DNA of 64,000 bases from an uncultured Candidatus Saccharibacteria bacterium (GTDB lineage: Bacteria > Patescibacteriota > UBA1384 > XYA2-FULL-43-10 > 1-14-0-10-43-13). A program made the translations under genes and the position numbers. The notes under the pieces were generated by a model. It ran no database searches. It saw only the letters and a list, made by a program, of their open reading frames with translations, and had not been told where the DNA came from. Every line of letters begins with the position of its first letter. Positions within the stretch are counted from its first letter, which is position 1. Below, in pieces: positions 53,786-62,214 of this stretch. The stretch covers positions 486,755 to 550,754 of the forward strand of contig CAZIYE010000001.1 in NCBI GenBank assembly GCA_964543385.1, read 5' to 3'.

Positions 53786-55204
53786 ATGTTCTTGATGGAA
53801 TTAAAAGTCAAAAATTTGTTTACTTCAAAAATAGGTCAGGTATGTCTATATCTGTTGGCGATAATTATATTGGGAGTTATCTGTTTTCAGTATGCAGGAG
53901 TCGCCCATTTTCCAACCGGTGATGATCCGGCAGTGCATATACGCTATGCCAAAACTCTTTCTATCAGAGAAATATATTCAACTCTTCCTTATCCAATCCC
54001 TCTTAGCATTTTTAAATCAATACACGAACTAACCTCCATAGAATATCCCCGTCTATTTACTCTCACTATCTCTACTTTTCTGCTATTTTCGTCTATCTGC
54101 ATATTCATCTTAACTAGAAAAATATCCAAGTCGGGATTCATGGCCTTCATTGCGGCTGCGATCTTTGCAACTGGGGGTTGGGTGACTGACGGGCTTCGCA
54201 TGGGTCTTCTCGCTGAGTCATTTGGTTGGGGCATGCTTGCTCTGACTCTTTATTTCCTTGCGAGTCAAAACATTGTTTTCACTCTAGTATTTAGTGGACT
54301 ACTAGCATTATCACATCCGTTTTCCTTCTCGGTATTTATTTTTGTGGCCATATTATATGTGCTTACAACTATATTTAGCAAAGACAAAAAAGAGCACAAT
54401 TTTTCAATAACCATATCGTTGATTTATTTACTTTTCGCAATATTAATATGGTTATTTGATAAAGAATTGATTCTTAAATTTGTTGACTTTATAAATCCCG
54501 AGAGAGCAGGTTGGGGCGAAAGAAAACTTTGGGAGATTGTCACAACTTATGACCCAAAGAGGATCGTAATTGGATTTATGGCTCTGATTGGGGTAATGTC
54601 CAATATCAAAAGCTGGGGAAAGCCAGCCATTAAAGTTATATACATCCTTCTCTTTGTTGGGTTGTTTATGTCTATGAACCAAATCTTTGGTATTAGATTC
54701 CTTGTTTTTCGTTTCTTCCCATATTTAGAGATGGCGATTGCTGTTTTTGCGGCGCTTGGTCTTGTCGCCTTCGTGGAGAGACTACAAATTGTTAAATACA
54801 AGAATATAGCAATAATATTATTGGCTATCTTGGCTCTGACGCCCCATTACATTAATAACGGAAAGGCTGTCCAAAATCAGGTTACAGATATTAGTCTAAA
54901 CGATAGTATGACGGCAGGGGACCAAATAGCAATCAAATGGATTGATCAAAATGTATCGAAAGATGCTTCTATTGTAGCTACGCGCAAAAGATTACTTTGG
55001 ATCAGCGCTCTAACTGGAAACAAAAACACCCAAGAAGATATCACGCCTTTCGATTTAGCTGCTACAAAGAAACTGTATGATTCGGGAAACGGTTTCGCCT
55101 ATGACTATTTCTATTATTCAGAGGTTGATACTATTCCTGATGAGATAAAAAATAATTTCGACCTCATTTACAACAAAATGGGGGTTAGGTTATATAAAAG
55201 ATGA
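53786..55204 (+). CDS. Polytopic membrane protein, GT-C-like candidate (paralog of 55498-57111)
   Basis: It has ~11 TM. The first extracytoplasmic loop carries 'YAGVAHFPTGDDPAVHIRYAKTL', and the paralog has 'QYAVPAGDDPMNHYWMARPF'. A GDDP acidic motif in loop 1 is typical of GT-C enzymes that use polyprenol-P-sugar donors. Confidence 0.45.
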   Translation: MFLMELKVKNLFTSKIGQVCLYLLAIIILGVICFQYAGVAHFPTGDDPAVHIRYAKTLSIREIYSTLPYPIPLSIFKSIHELTSIEYPRLFTLTISTFLLFSSICIFILTRKISKSGFMAFIAAAIFATGGWVTDGLRMGLLAESFGWGMLALTLYFLASQNIVFTLVFSGLLALSHPFSFSVFIFVAILYVLTTIFSKDKKEHNFSITISLIYLLFAILIWLFDKELILKFVDFINPERAGWGERKLWEIVTTYDPKRIVIGFMALIGVMSNIKSWGKPAIKVIYILLFVGLFMSMNQIFGIRFLVFRFFPYLEMAIAVFAALGLVAFVERLQIVKYKNIAIILLAILALTPHYINNGKAVQNQVTDISLNDSMTAGDQIAIKWIDQNVSKDASIVATRKRLLWISALTGNKNTQEDITPFDLAATKKLYDSGNGFAYDYFYYSEVDTIPDEIKNNFDLIYNKMGVRLYKR

Positions 55205-55554
55205 AACAATTTGGAAATAAAATTTGGTGGTTGATCTTAATATATCTAGCTGTCGGGTACCTTTTCCCTGTGATTCTAAGGCAGAGATTTATGATTGTGG
55301 TTCTATTCGTATCTACTATGCTGATTCTCAGTGGATTGTCTTTAAAGGAAAAAAGCCGTTTTACTGCAGTGGTTGCAATTGCGGCTGCGTTTTTTCTAAA
55401 GATCATCCCTTCGCCTTACCCAGTCTTGGCAGACACGGGATTGCCAATGGCCATTAACTTATTTCTGACAATGTTGGTAGTATTCCTTAGCTGTATTTTA
55501 GCTGCCAGAATATCCGACATAGTCTTGTTGAGAATTCAAAGGACAGAAAAATAA
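55201..55554 (+). CDS. Small membrane protein (117 aa, 3-4 TM), translationally coupled to the upstream gene
   Basis: An ATGA start/stop overlap with 53786-55204 suggests coupling. The product is hydrophobic throughout. Its 3' end overlaps the convergent 55498-57111 gene by 57 nt, so it is uncertain. Confidence 0.35.
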   Translation: MKQFGNKIWWLILIYLAVGYLFPVILRQRFMIVVLFVSTMLILSGLSLKEKSRFTAVVAIAAAFFLKIIPSPYPVLADTGLPMAINLFLTMLVVFLSCILAARISDIVLLRIQRTEK

Positions 55555-57111
55555 TTCGTGATGAACTTTGAATAGATAAACCTCATTTATTTGGCTTTTT
55601 GAATTTAGAACTGTCGTCAAAAAGCGTTTTTTCTGATATTTATCAGCCATGCCAAGAGTTACCTCTGATGGCAGCCAGCCGGTCTTTGATTCCAAAAGGT
55701 ATATATAGTCGAACTGGTAGATTGACCCATCTGCTTCGGGAACCCAGTAGTTATATTTAATTTTCCATTTTGGCAGGAGCGCATGTGAATAGAAATTATA
55801 TGTCACAAGCAAAACTTTGCCTGGCTTTTGCTTATTTAAATAGTTAATAACATCCATATCGGCGTTTGTTACGCGTATCATTGGTTCATATGAAACAGCA
55901 CTGTCTAGCCTTAATTTAAATGGCAAAAAAAGAGAGACAGCCATGACAATCATGCCAAGTATACACAGGATTTTATTGGTTTTAATTCTTTCTAATAAAT
56001 AATAAACTCCACCTCCAGCCAGGATAGCTAAAGGCACGATCATATCACGAGCTGGTCGTTCTGGGTTGCTCAGGAATGGCAATCGCGATGCGACGAATAA
56101 AATAACTATCCAAACCATCAATATAATTAATGGGGCAGATATCTTCCTTTGTTTTAGATAAATAAAGGGCATCGATATTAGTCCAAGAAGTGCATACAAA
56201 CTAAAATACCGTCCGGGATTGCTGATATATCCTCTTAGAGACCACATTGCTTCTGGGTTTGACCCGCCCAATATCTTAAAGAACGGAAAGGTGGAATTTA
56301 TTTGGATCATTGTGCTAGACAGTGCTTTAGCGGATGCAAAAATTCCCGTCTTAGTAAAAGCATAAAAAAATGCCAGATACACTAAAAGATTTAATCCTAG
56401 AAGCAGAACTCCTTTTTTGACATTCCATTTATTTCTAATCCAATAAATTATAATAAATGTTGGCAAAGACACCAATATAATAGCAATAAGATAAAAAGTG
56501 GTAGTGTGATGGGTAATTGGTATCAAAAGGGTAAAAATAATTGATAGTATAATAAATTTATTTCTGACCTTATGATTAATAGCTTTTATGGCACAAACAA
56601 TAAAAGTCAAAATAAGCGGAAGTATAATTTGGGCAGCAATTATATTCGGATATCCTCCATCATTGAGCAGTTGGATTGGTGTTTTAGCAATAAAAGCGTA
56701 GAGAATAAAGGATACCAAGCCTGCCTCGACACCAAAAACAACGTAACCGAGAACAAATATTGCGACACCAGATAGGACAAGTATTGCGGGCGCACTCCAC
56801 TTAATTGCCTCCAGGAGATCTACATTAAATAAGATGGCGCTCTTTGCTACTAGATAATGGTAGGCCGGAGGATAACCGCCACTTTTCAAAACCTCAAAAA
56901 AATTACCTGTTCCATCATAAAATGGTCTGGCCATCCAATAGTGGTTCATCGGATCGTCACCAGCAGGAACAGCATATTGATACAGGACTAAGCCGTAATA
57001 TTGGATAAAGGCTAGGACAACCAGGCCAAGCGATAAAAGATACCAATATATTCTCTTGCTCTGTATTAACTTTTTAATGAAGTCGATCATTTGTTTTATT
57101 ATATCAGCCAT
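55498..57111 (-). CDS. Polytopic membrane protein, GT-C-like candidate (paralog of 53786-55204)
   Basis: The 537-aa product has >=12 TM. The N-terminal loop motif 'AGDDPMNHYWMARPFYDG' parallels the paralog. Confidence 0.45.
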   Translation of the reverse strand: MADIIKQMIDFIKKLIQSKRIYWYLLSLGLVVLAFIQYYGLVLYQYAVPAGDDPMNHYWMARPFYDGTGNFFEVLKSGGYPPAYHYLVAKSAILFNVDLLEAIKWSAPAILVLSGVAIFVLGYVVFGVEAGLVSFILYAFIAKTPIQLLNDGGYPNIIAAQIILPLILTFIVCAIKAINHKVRNKFIILSIIFTLLIPITHHTTTFYLIAIILVSLPTFIIIYWIRNKWNVKKGVLLLGLNLLVYLAFFYAFTKTGIFASAKALSSTMIQINSTFPFFKILGGSNPEAMWSLRGYISNPGRYFSLYALLGLISMPFIYLKQRKISAPLIILMVWIVILFVASRLPFLSNPERPARDMIVPLAILAGGGVYYLLERIKTNKILCILGMIVMAVSLFLPFKLRLDSAVSYEPMIRVTNADMDVINYLNKQKPGKVLLVTYNFYSHALLPKWKIKYNYWVPEADGSIYQFDYIYLLESKTGWLPSEVTLGMADKYQKKRFLTTVLNSKSQINEVYLFKVHHELFFCPLNSQQDYVGYSGS

Positions 57112-57146
57112 TGGGCCTAAACCAAAGATATTTGTGTGTTGCTACA

Positions 57147-57175
57147 TTGACTTATAATCAATATTATGCTATAAT
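57147..57175 (+). promoter_or_regulatory. Perfect sigma70 consensus promoter: TTGACT (57147-57152), 17-nt spacer, TATAAT (57170-57175)
   Basis: This is read directly from the sequence 'cattgacttataatcaatattatgctataatatag'. The predicted TSS at ~57182 gives a ~64-nt leader with two small hairpins (ttgctt-gcaa-aagcaa at 57184-57199; gcgag-atacc-ctcgc at 57203-57217) before the high-GC ORF. Confidence 0.6.
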
Positions 57176-57245
57176 ATAGAAGTTGCTTGCAAAAGCAACA
57201 ATGCGAGATACCCTCGCAAATTTTCAGGTGAATGAGGTAATTATA

Positions 57246-57842
57246 ATGAATGGGAAGCGTCATTGGAGTGTCACTGGACCGTCGAACGGTTGGTTGCAGG
57301 ATGGCACCGGATTAGTCAGCCCATGGGGGCAGATAATCTTCGTCACCGATGGCAAGGTGACGGAACCGCGCATCATCGATGCGGGCGGGGCGATTGTGAT
57401 CGCTGCGAATTCCCACGGCGAGATCGCCATGGTATATCGCGAGCGGTCCGTATTACCTGCATGGAGCAAGAAAGAGTCGCTCCCCATCGTGGACATGCCG
57501 GCATTCCTGGCTCGGCTCGAGGAGAATCCTCCTGAGCTCGAACTGATCCGGGCCTATACGGCTCCGGATCTCACCATTGATCAGGCTGCCATGGTAGTGG
57601 CGGCAAGATACGGCATACCCGAGGCACATGCCAGTGGTACCGAGCTTATCGGAGAAGTATTCCTGTTCGGCCATACGCCGCAGCCGAACCCTATCATCTT
57701 GCTTGGTGTGATAGGTCGCCCCGAGCTTTCCGACGGGGCGTTCTGGATGCCGGCCGCGGAAGTGAAGAAGGCCCTCGCTTCGGGAAAAATCCGCGATGCC
57801 TCCACTGGGACCGCGTTGGGCATTCATTTCGCCCAAATGTAA
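57246..57842 (+). CDS. Hypothetical protein encoded in a high-GC (>60%) island; function unknown
   Basis: A GAGGT SD lies 7 nt upstream of the ATG at 57246. The frame shows strong G/C enrichment at third codon positions (gcc, ggc, ccg, atc, gag codons dominate), unlike every other gene in the window. The product is Ala/Gly/Pro-rich (MNGKRHWSVTGPSNGWLQDGTG...GKIRDASTGTALGIHFAQM). The other six overlapping ORFs in this patch look like stop-codon-poor high-GC artefacts. Alternative in-frame starts are 57201 (ATG) and 57183 (TTG). Confidence 0.6.
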   Translation: MNGKRHWSVTGPSNGWLQDGTGLVSPWGQIIFVTDGKVTEPRIIDAGGAIVIAANSHGEIAMVYRERSVLPAWSKKESLPIVDMPAFLARLEENPPELELIRAYTAPDLTIDQAAMVVAARYGIPEAHASGTELIGEVFLFGHTPQPNPIILLGVIGRPELSDGAFWMPAAEVKKALASGKIRDASTGTALGIHFAQM

Positions 57843-57932
57843 TAGTGCGTTGGCTTGGGAGATCGCTTGTTTGCATCTCCCACCACCCCTCTTTGCTCAA
57901 ATCTTGAGCTCGAAGGCAGTGGTAATAATATT

Positions 57933-57961
57933 TTGACAATTTTGTGCGAATAGGTTATTGT
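57933..57961 (+). promoter_or_regulatory. Candidate promoter for the riboswitch-metK transcript (TTGACA, 17 nt, TATTGT)
   Basis: 'ttttgacaattttgtgcgaataggttattgt' has the -35 at 57933-57938 and the -10 at 57956-57961. It lies ~20 nt upstream of the riboswitch P1. Confidence 0.4.
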
Positions 57962-57977
57962 AACAGTACAACTTAAT

Positions 57978-58080
57978 ATATTTATCAAGAGTGGCGCGAG
58001 AGTTTTGGCTCTATGACCGCCCAGCAACCTCAAGGAAACTTGAACGGTGCTAATTCCAAGCCTCACGGCGAGATAAAACA
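57978..58080 (+). ncRNA. SAM-I (S-box) riboswitch aptamer upstream of metK
   Basis: Core elements in order are UUAUCAAGAG (P1 5' strand) and GGCG..AGAG-UUUUGG-CUCU (P3 hairpin), then AUGA..CCGCC..GCAACC and GGUGCUAAUUCC, closing with P1 3' GAUAA at 58072-58076. Spacing agrees with the Rfam SAM-I consensus as remembered. A T-run (58107-58113) follows, but no convincing terminator stem was found. Confidence 0.75.
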
Positions 58081-58136
58081 GTAAAATATCTTGCTTAACG
58101 GCAGGATTTTTTTAAAACTAAACAAAGGATAGACAA

Positions 58137-59321
58137 ATGGAAGAGCCAAAAAATAAAAAAGTAAATAATTATCTTTTTACCTCAGAATCAGTGACCGAGG
58201 GCCATCCAGATAAAATGGCTGATCAAATCTCAGATGCTATTTTAGACGAATTACTCAAAAAAGATCCACTTTCGAGGGCAGCTGTCGAAACTATGCTGAC
58301 AAACGGAGTTTGCATTATTGCTGGCGAAGTCACAACTGACGCTTATGTTGATATTGCAAAGATAGCTCGATCTGTCATCGAAGACATAGGTTATGACGGT
58401 TGTGGCTTTCACCATGCTTCCAGCGGCGTTATGACAGCAATCAAGGAACAATCATCGGATATTGCCCGTGGCGTTGATAGCTTCGAAAGAGTTGACGGCA
58501 AAATAGTAAAGGAAGATTTAGAACAATTGGGTGCCGGCGACCAAGGCTTGATGTTTGGCTATGCATGCACAGAGACCAAAGAACTTATGCCCTTGCCGAT
58601 AACTTTAGCTCATGCTCTCTGTGAGCGTTTGTCAAAAGTAAGAAAAGCAGGGATCATAATGGGCTTATATCCTGATGGAAAATCTCAAATAACCATTAAG
58701 TATAAAGATAATAAGCCGGTAAGGGTACATACAATTTTGATTGCTGCTCAGCATGAAGAGGAAAAAGATCAAAAAATCTTGCAAAAAGAGATTATTGATT
58801 TTGTTATTAAGCCGGTTCTTGCAATTTATGATCTTGGTATTGATAACGAGACTAATATTTACATCAATACTACCGGAAAGTTTGTCATAGGGGGCCCACA
58901 AGGGGATACAGGACTTACTGGCAGAAAGATAATAGTTGATACTTATGGCGGCTACTCTCGTCATGGCGGCGGTGCTTTTTCTGGCAAGGATCCTTCAAAG
59001 GTTGATAGATCTGGATCGTACATGGCTAGATGGGTAGCTAAAAGTGTGGTTGGCTCAGGTCTGGCAGAGAGATGTGAAATACAAATATCATACGCTATAG
59101 GCAAGCCAGAGCCATTATCAGTTTATGTAGATACTTTTGGAACTGGTGTCATCCCAGACTCCGAGATCAAACAGAAGATACTTGATAACTTTGATTTTAG
59201 GCCAGGTATGATAATCAAAGAACTGGATTTGCGAAGGCCTATTTATCGACAATTAGCAGCTTACGGTCATTTCGGCCGCCCGGATCTTGATCTGCCTTGG
59301 GAAAAGATTAGAAAAATATAA
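58137..59321 (+). CDS. metK: S-adenosylmethionine synthetase
   Basis: '[52 protein letters not shown]' and '[29 protein letters not shown]' are diagnostic MetK motifs. An RBS 'aaaggat' lies 6 nt upstream. Confidence 0.95.
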   Translation: MEEPKNKKVNNYLFTSESVTEGHPDKMADQISDAILDELLKKDPLSRAAVETMLTNGVCIIAGEVTTDAYVDIAKIARSVIEDIGYDGCGFHHASSGVMTAIKEQSSDIARGVDSFERVDGKIVKEDLEQLGAGDQGLMFGYACTETKELMPLPITLAHALCERLSKVRKAGIIMGLYPDGKSQITIKYKDNKPVRVHTILIAAQHEEEKDQKILQKEIIDFVIKPVLAIYDLGIDNETNIYINTTGKFVIGGPQGDTGLTGRKIIVDTYGGYSRHGGGAFSGKDPSKVDRSGSYMARWVAKSVVGSGLAERCEIQISYAIGKPEPLSVYVDTFGTGVIPDSEIKQKILDNFDFRPGMIIKELDLRRPIYRQLAAYGHFGRPDLDLPWEKIRKI

Positions 59322-59444
59322 GTTCTTCATGTGAAATATTTTCCTCATGTCATTGCGGACTTGATCTGGAATCTTGAGCTCTCAGATCCTAAGTAGACGA
59401 CTTCGTTGGTTTAGGATGACAACTTTTAATTCAAATTCATAGGA

Positions 59445-60878
59445 CTATTTTGTATCAGCTTTTATAAGCGATCTAACCGATTGTAAGCTGATAATATCGA
59501 AGAGATATGCGAGAACAAAAAAGAAAGCAGCTGAAATTATCATACTCGGAATAAAATGAAGTGCTAAAATTTTTAGAATTAGAGCAAAAGCCAAAGTTAC
59601 TATTGCTATAAAAACAGTTTTTACAACATTGATGAGGTCAATTTTGAACGGTATGATTCTTCTTGTGTTATAGAGGAAAATAAAGAATAAAACAATCTCC
59701 GATATCAATGTACCGTAAGCGGCTGCCATATATGAATATTGGGGTATAAATACCAGATTGAAGATAAAATTAAAGAGTAAAATAAATGCAGAAATCTTTA
59801 ATAGCAATTTTCTCTCGTCTTTTGCTATTAAAATTTCTCCAAGCAGGATATCAAAATACAGAAAAGGCAGTGCAAGAGAAAGTATTATCAACGCCGATCC
59901 TCCGATACTATAGCTTTCGTTACTCAAGAAGGCGATTATTTCTTTTGAATAGGCGCAGGATATAGCTGCTATTGGTAGAGAAATAAGCATCATCGCTGTA
60001 AATGATTTTTCAATCAGGCTTTTTAACTGGGATGCATTATCTATACCGCGAGAGATAATCGGTTTGAGTGAATTTGCAAAATATGAACCGAAGAAGACAG
60101 TTACCTCTAAAATTTTGTAGGCTACAGAGTAAATACTAACTGCCACTGCTCCCTTGATTGCAAACAGCATAATAGTATCAAGTCTGAAGAATAGGTTATT
60201 GGCAATAAATATTATGCCCATCGGCCAAGCCAGATCAAATATCCATTTGGTAATTTTTTTCTCATAACCAATTTTGATAGGTGTAAACTTGCTGGCGAAG
60301 TACCATTTGAAGACAAAAATTAGAATGCCAGACAATGCTACCACCGAGAAGACAATCCAGAGGAAGTTGCCTTTCAGAGTCACAACTACAATTAGCGCAG
60401 CTAAGGAAATAAGCTTGCTCAAAAATTCTGCGACAGCTGAAAATTGCATCTTCAGTCGGTGTTGCAAAATCATATCCCCAATACTACCCATTAGGTTGAA
60501 GAATAGAAAACCACAAGCAATCATTATCCCAAAAACAAGATTATGGTCATTGCGATATGGTGTTAGATATATAATGGCAATTGCTGCAAGACAGGCGAGC
60601 AAAGATGAGACTAAACGTATAAAGAAAACATTCGAGATGATTCTTTTCTCGCTGGAGGGATCTTTTGAAATCTCTCTGACGGTTACGGAAAATAGACCAA
60701 GATCAGCAATGACGAGAAAATAATTTACATAAGCTGTGATTGTATTGAGATTCCCATAATCAGTGTTTGAGAGATAGTTTGTTAGGATCTTTATAGAGAT
60801 AAGGGTAAACACCAAAGTAACGATTCGTACAAGAATCTGGGAGGCCGTATTTATAAATATAGCTCTACGTTCTTTCAT
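59445..60878 (-). CDS. Wzx-like polysaccharide flippase (MOP superfamily)
   Basis: The 477-aa product has ~12-14 TM. The N-terminus 'INTASQILVRIVTLVFTLISIKILTNYLSNTDYGNLNTITAYVNYFLVIADLGL' is typical of PST/Wzx proteins. Confidence 0.8.
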   Translation of the reverse strand: MKERRAIFINTASQILVRIVTLVFTLISIKILTNYLSNTDYGNLNTITAYVNYFLVIADLGLFSVTVREISKDPSSEKRIISNVFFIRLVSSLLACLAAIAIIYLTPYRNDHNLVFGIMIACGFLFFNLMGSIGDMILQHRLKMQFSAVAEFLSKLISLAALIVVVTLKGNFLWIVFSVVALSGILIFVFKWYFASKFTPIKIGYEKKITKWIFDLAWPMGIIFIANNLFFRLDTIMLFAIKGAVAVSIYSVAYKILEVTVFFGSYFANSLKPIISRGIDNASQLKSLIEKSFTAMMLISLPIAAISCAYSKEIIAFLSNESYSIGGSALIILSLALPFLYFDILLGEILIAKDERKLLLKISAFILLFNFIFNLVFIPQYSYMAAAYGTLISEIVLFFIFLYNTRRIIPFKIDLINVVKTVFIAIVTLAFALILKILALHFIPSMIISAAFFFVLAYLFDIISLQSVRSLIKADTK

Positions 60879-62161
60879 TATTTTAGATCCAGAGTTTTTA
60901 CCATTTTACGGAGATGATTATTTTTTCTTCCACTTATTATTATAGTAGTTAGAGCGACAAGAAGTATCAAAATAACGCTGGTTAATATGATTGAGGCTAT
61001 ACGGAAATCGATTTTGTCATACCACTTTTTGACTTGTTCTTTTGCTTGTACAACAATAGGCTCTTTTGCATCATCAGCAGTTAATACGTTTATTACCCCA
61101 CCCTTTTTCTGTGAAATTTCAAAATAAGTAGGATCACTTTCTGGAGTCAATATTTTTTCATTTTGACCCTGAACTGTGAGTTTGTAACGGCCGGCTTTGA
61201 TAGGGAAGTCAATCAGTAGCGCAAATTTACCAGTTTCATCAGACTTTACTGACAGGGTTTTACCTTCAGGTAAGGTAATCGCTGGGTCAAGTTTGAGATT
61301 AGCAGTAAAATTCGGCTCGGTGATCCCTACTATTTTAAAGCCTGAGAAAGTACCATCTTCAATATTATTGATATAATCATCAGTCTTTGTAAATTCGATC
61401 CGACTAGGTTTCGCTAGCCCTTCTTGTATTTTTGGATCTGGTTCCTTGATTGTAACTTTAAAATGAGTTACAGGGCTCCAGCCATCGCTATTTTTGGCTT
61501 TAATATGGAAATAATAAGCTCCGATTGCTTTGCCATCATAAGTGACAGTGGTATTGGCATCGATTACTGTCGATGGAGGAGTGGTATCAGCAACTTGATC
61601 AAGTAAATATGCAAACCCAGTTACATTGCTGGCTTTTGTCCAATTTAGAGTAATCGAGGTACCATCATAGGCAACGGCCTGATCGGGGTGGGTTGTGGAG
61701 GTAACTGCGGTAGCCCCAGGTAGTTCGAGTGCGCGCTGGATAGGGAAGGAGGCGCTGCCTCCGGATGTACCGAGAGTAGCTGACCCATTTTTAAGAACTA
61801 CGTTAGAAACTGAGACTGACCCAGTACCAACCCCTGTGGCTTTTAATTTGATAGTAGCTACAGTAAATGATGTTACCTTCTGACCAAGTAGGGCTCCGGA
61901 AAATGAGCCGTTGGCAGACGGTTGAGTTATCCAATTGGCGCTACCTGCTGAGAAAGAAACAACTGAAAGCGGTCCGGATACAGCAATCTTGCCTTGGAAG
62001 GCGTTGAATTCTCCGCCGCTCGCTACAATATTAGCAGTAAAAGTTTGCCCGACAGTCTTGCTTCCACCTCCACTGACTGATATTCCGGCAGCAAAGACAT
62101 GACTTGGTAGGATAAGAGCCAACAAAGTAATAAATGCTAAAGTTGATATTATTTTTTTCAT
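60878..62161 (-). CDS. Surface protein with a signal peptide, cohesin-like N-terminal beta-sandwich domain, Ig/FN3-like middle domains and a C-terminal TM anchor
   Basis: The signal peptide is MKKIISTLAFITLLALILPSHVFA. 'ISVSGGGSKTVGQTFTANIVASGGEFNAFQGKIAVSGPLSVVSFSAGS' resembles the cohesin pattern (G.tV.V.V.....V.a.Q..I.yd...L.vvsv). The C-terminus 'IASIILTSVILILLVALTTIIISGRK' is a TM anchor. ATGA overlap with the flippase gene implies co-transcription. Confidence 0.55.
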   Translation of the reverse strand: MKKIISTLAFITLLALILPSHVFAAGISVSGGGSKTVGQTFTANIVASGGEFNAFQGKIAVSGPLSVVSFSAGSANWITQPSANGSFSGALLGQKVTSFTVATIKLKATGVGTGSVSVSNVVLKNGSATLGTSGGSASFPIQRALELPGATAVTSTTHPDQAVAYDGTSITLNWTKASNVTGFAYLLDQVADTTPPSTVIDANTTVTYDGKAIGAYYFHIKAKNSDGWSPVTHFKVTIKEPDPKIQEGLAKPSRIEFTKTDDYINNIEDGTFSGFKIVGITEPNFTANLKLDPAITLPEGKTLSVKSDETGKFALLIDFPIKAGRYKLTVQGQNEKILTPESDPTYFEISQKKGGVINVLTADDAKEPIVVQAKEQVKKWYDKIDFRIASIILTSVILILLVALTTIIISGRKNNHLRKMVKTLDLK

Positions 62162-62214
62162 ATTAGATCCCTTCTTTTATGTGTATTTTTGTTTTTATTT
62201 TATTACTGTAGACG

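Noticed and set aside
57147-57180. dif-like Xer site within 'ttgacttataatcaatattatgctataatatag'
   Set aside because: The AT-rich quasi-palindrome resembles dif centres superficially, but it lacks the XerC/XerD arm consensus. It is better explained as a perfect -35/17/-10 promoter. No convincing dif was found in the xerC flanks (28657-29004) either.
57260-58066. Six overlapping 78-127-aa ORFs on both strands in the high-GC patch (57260-57496, 57263-57535, 57453-57836, 57581-57823, 57694-57939, 57824-58066)
   Set aside because: High GC suppresses stop codons in all frames. Only the 57246-57842 frame shows GC3 codon bias and an SD-ATG start. The last one would also run antisense through the SAM riboswitch.
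58081-58118. Possible intrinsic terminator (T7 run at 58107-58113) as the SAM-riboswitch expression platform
   Set aside because: No complementary stem of at least 5 bp precedes the T-run (cttgcttaacggcagg has no upstream partner). The mechanism is therefore unresolved. The riboswitch aptamer call does not depend on it.
59322-59444. Terminator after metK (gatctg...cagatc 6-bp stem with 14-nt loop)
   Set aside because: The stem is short, the loop is large and there is no T-tail. It is not convincing enough to annotate.
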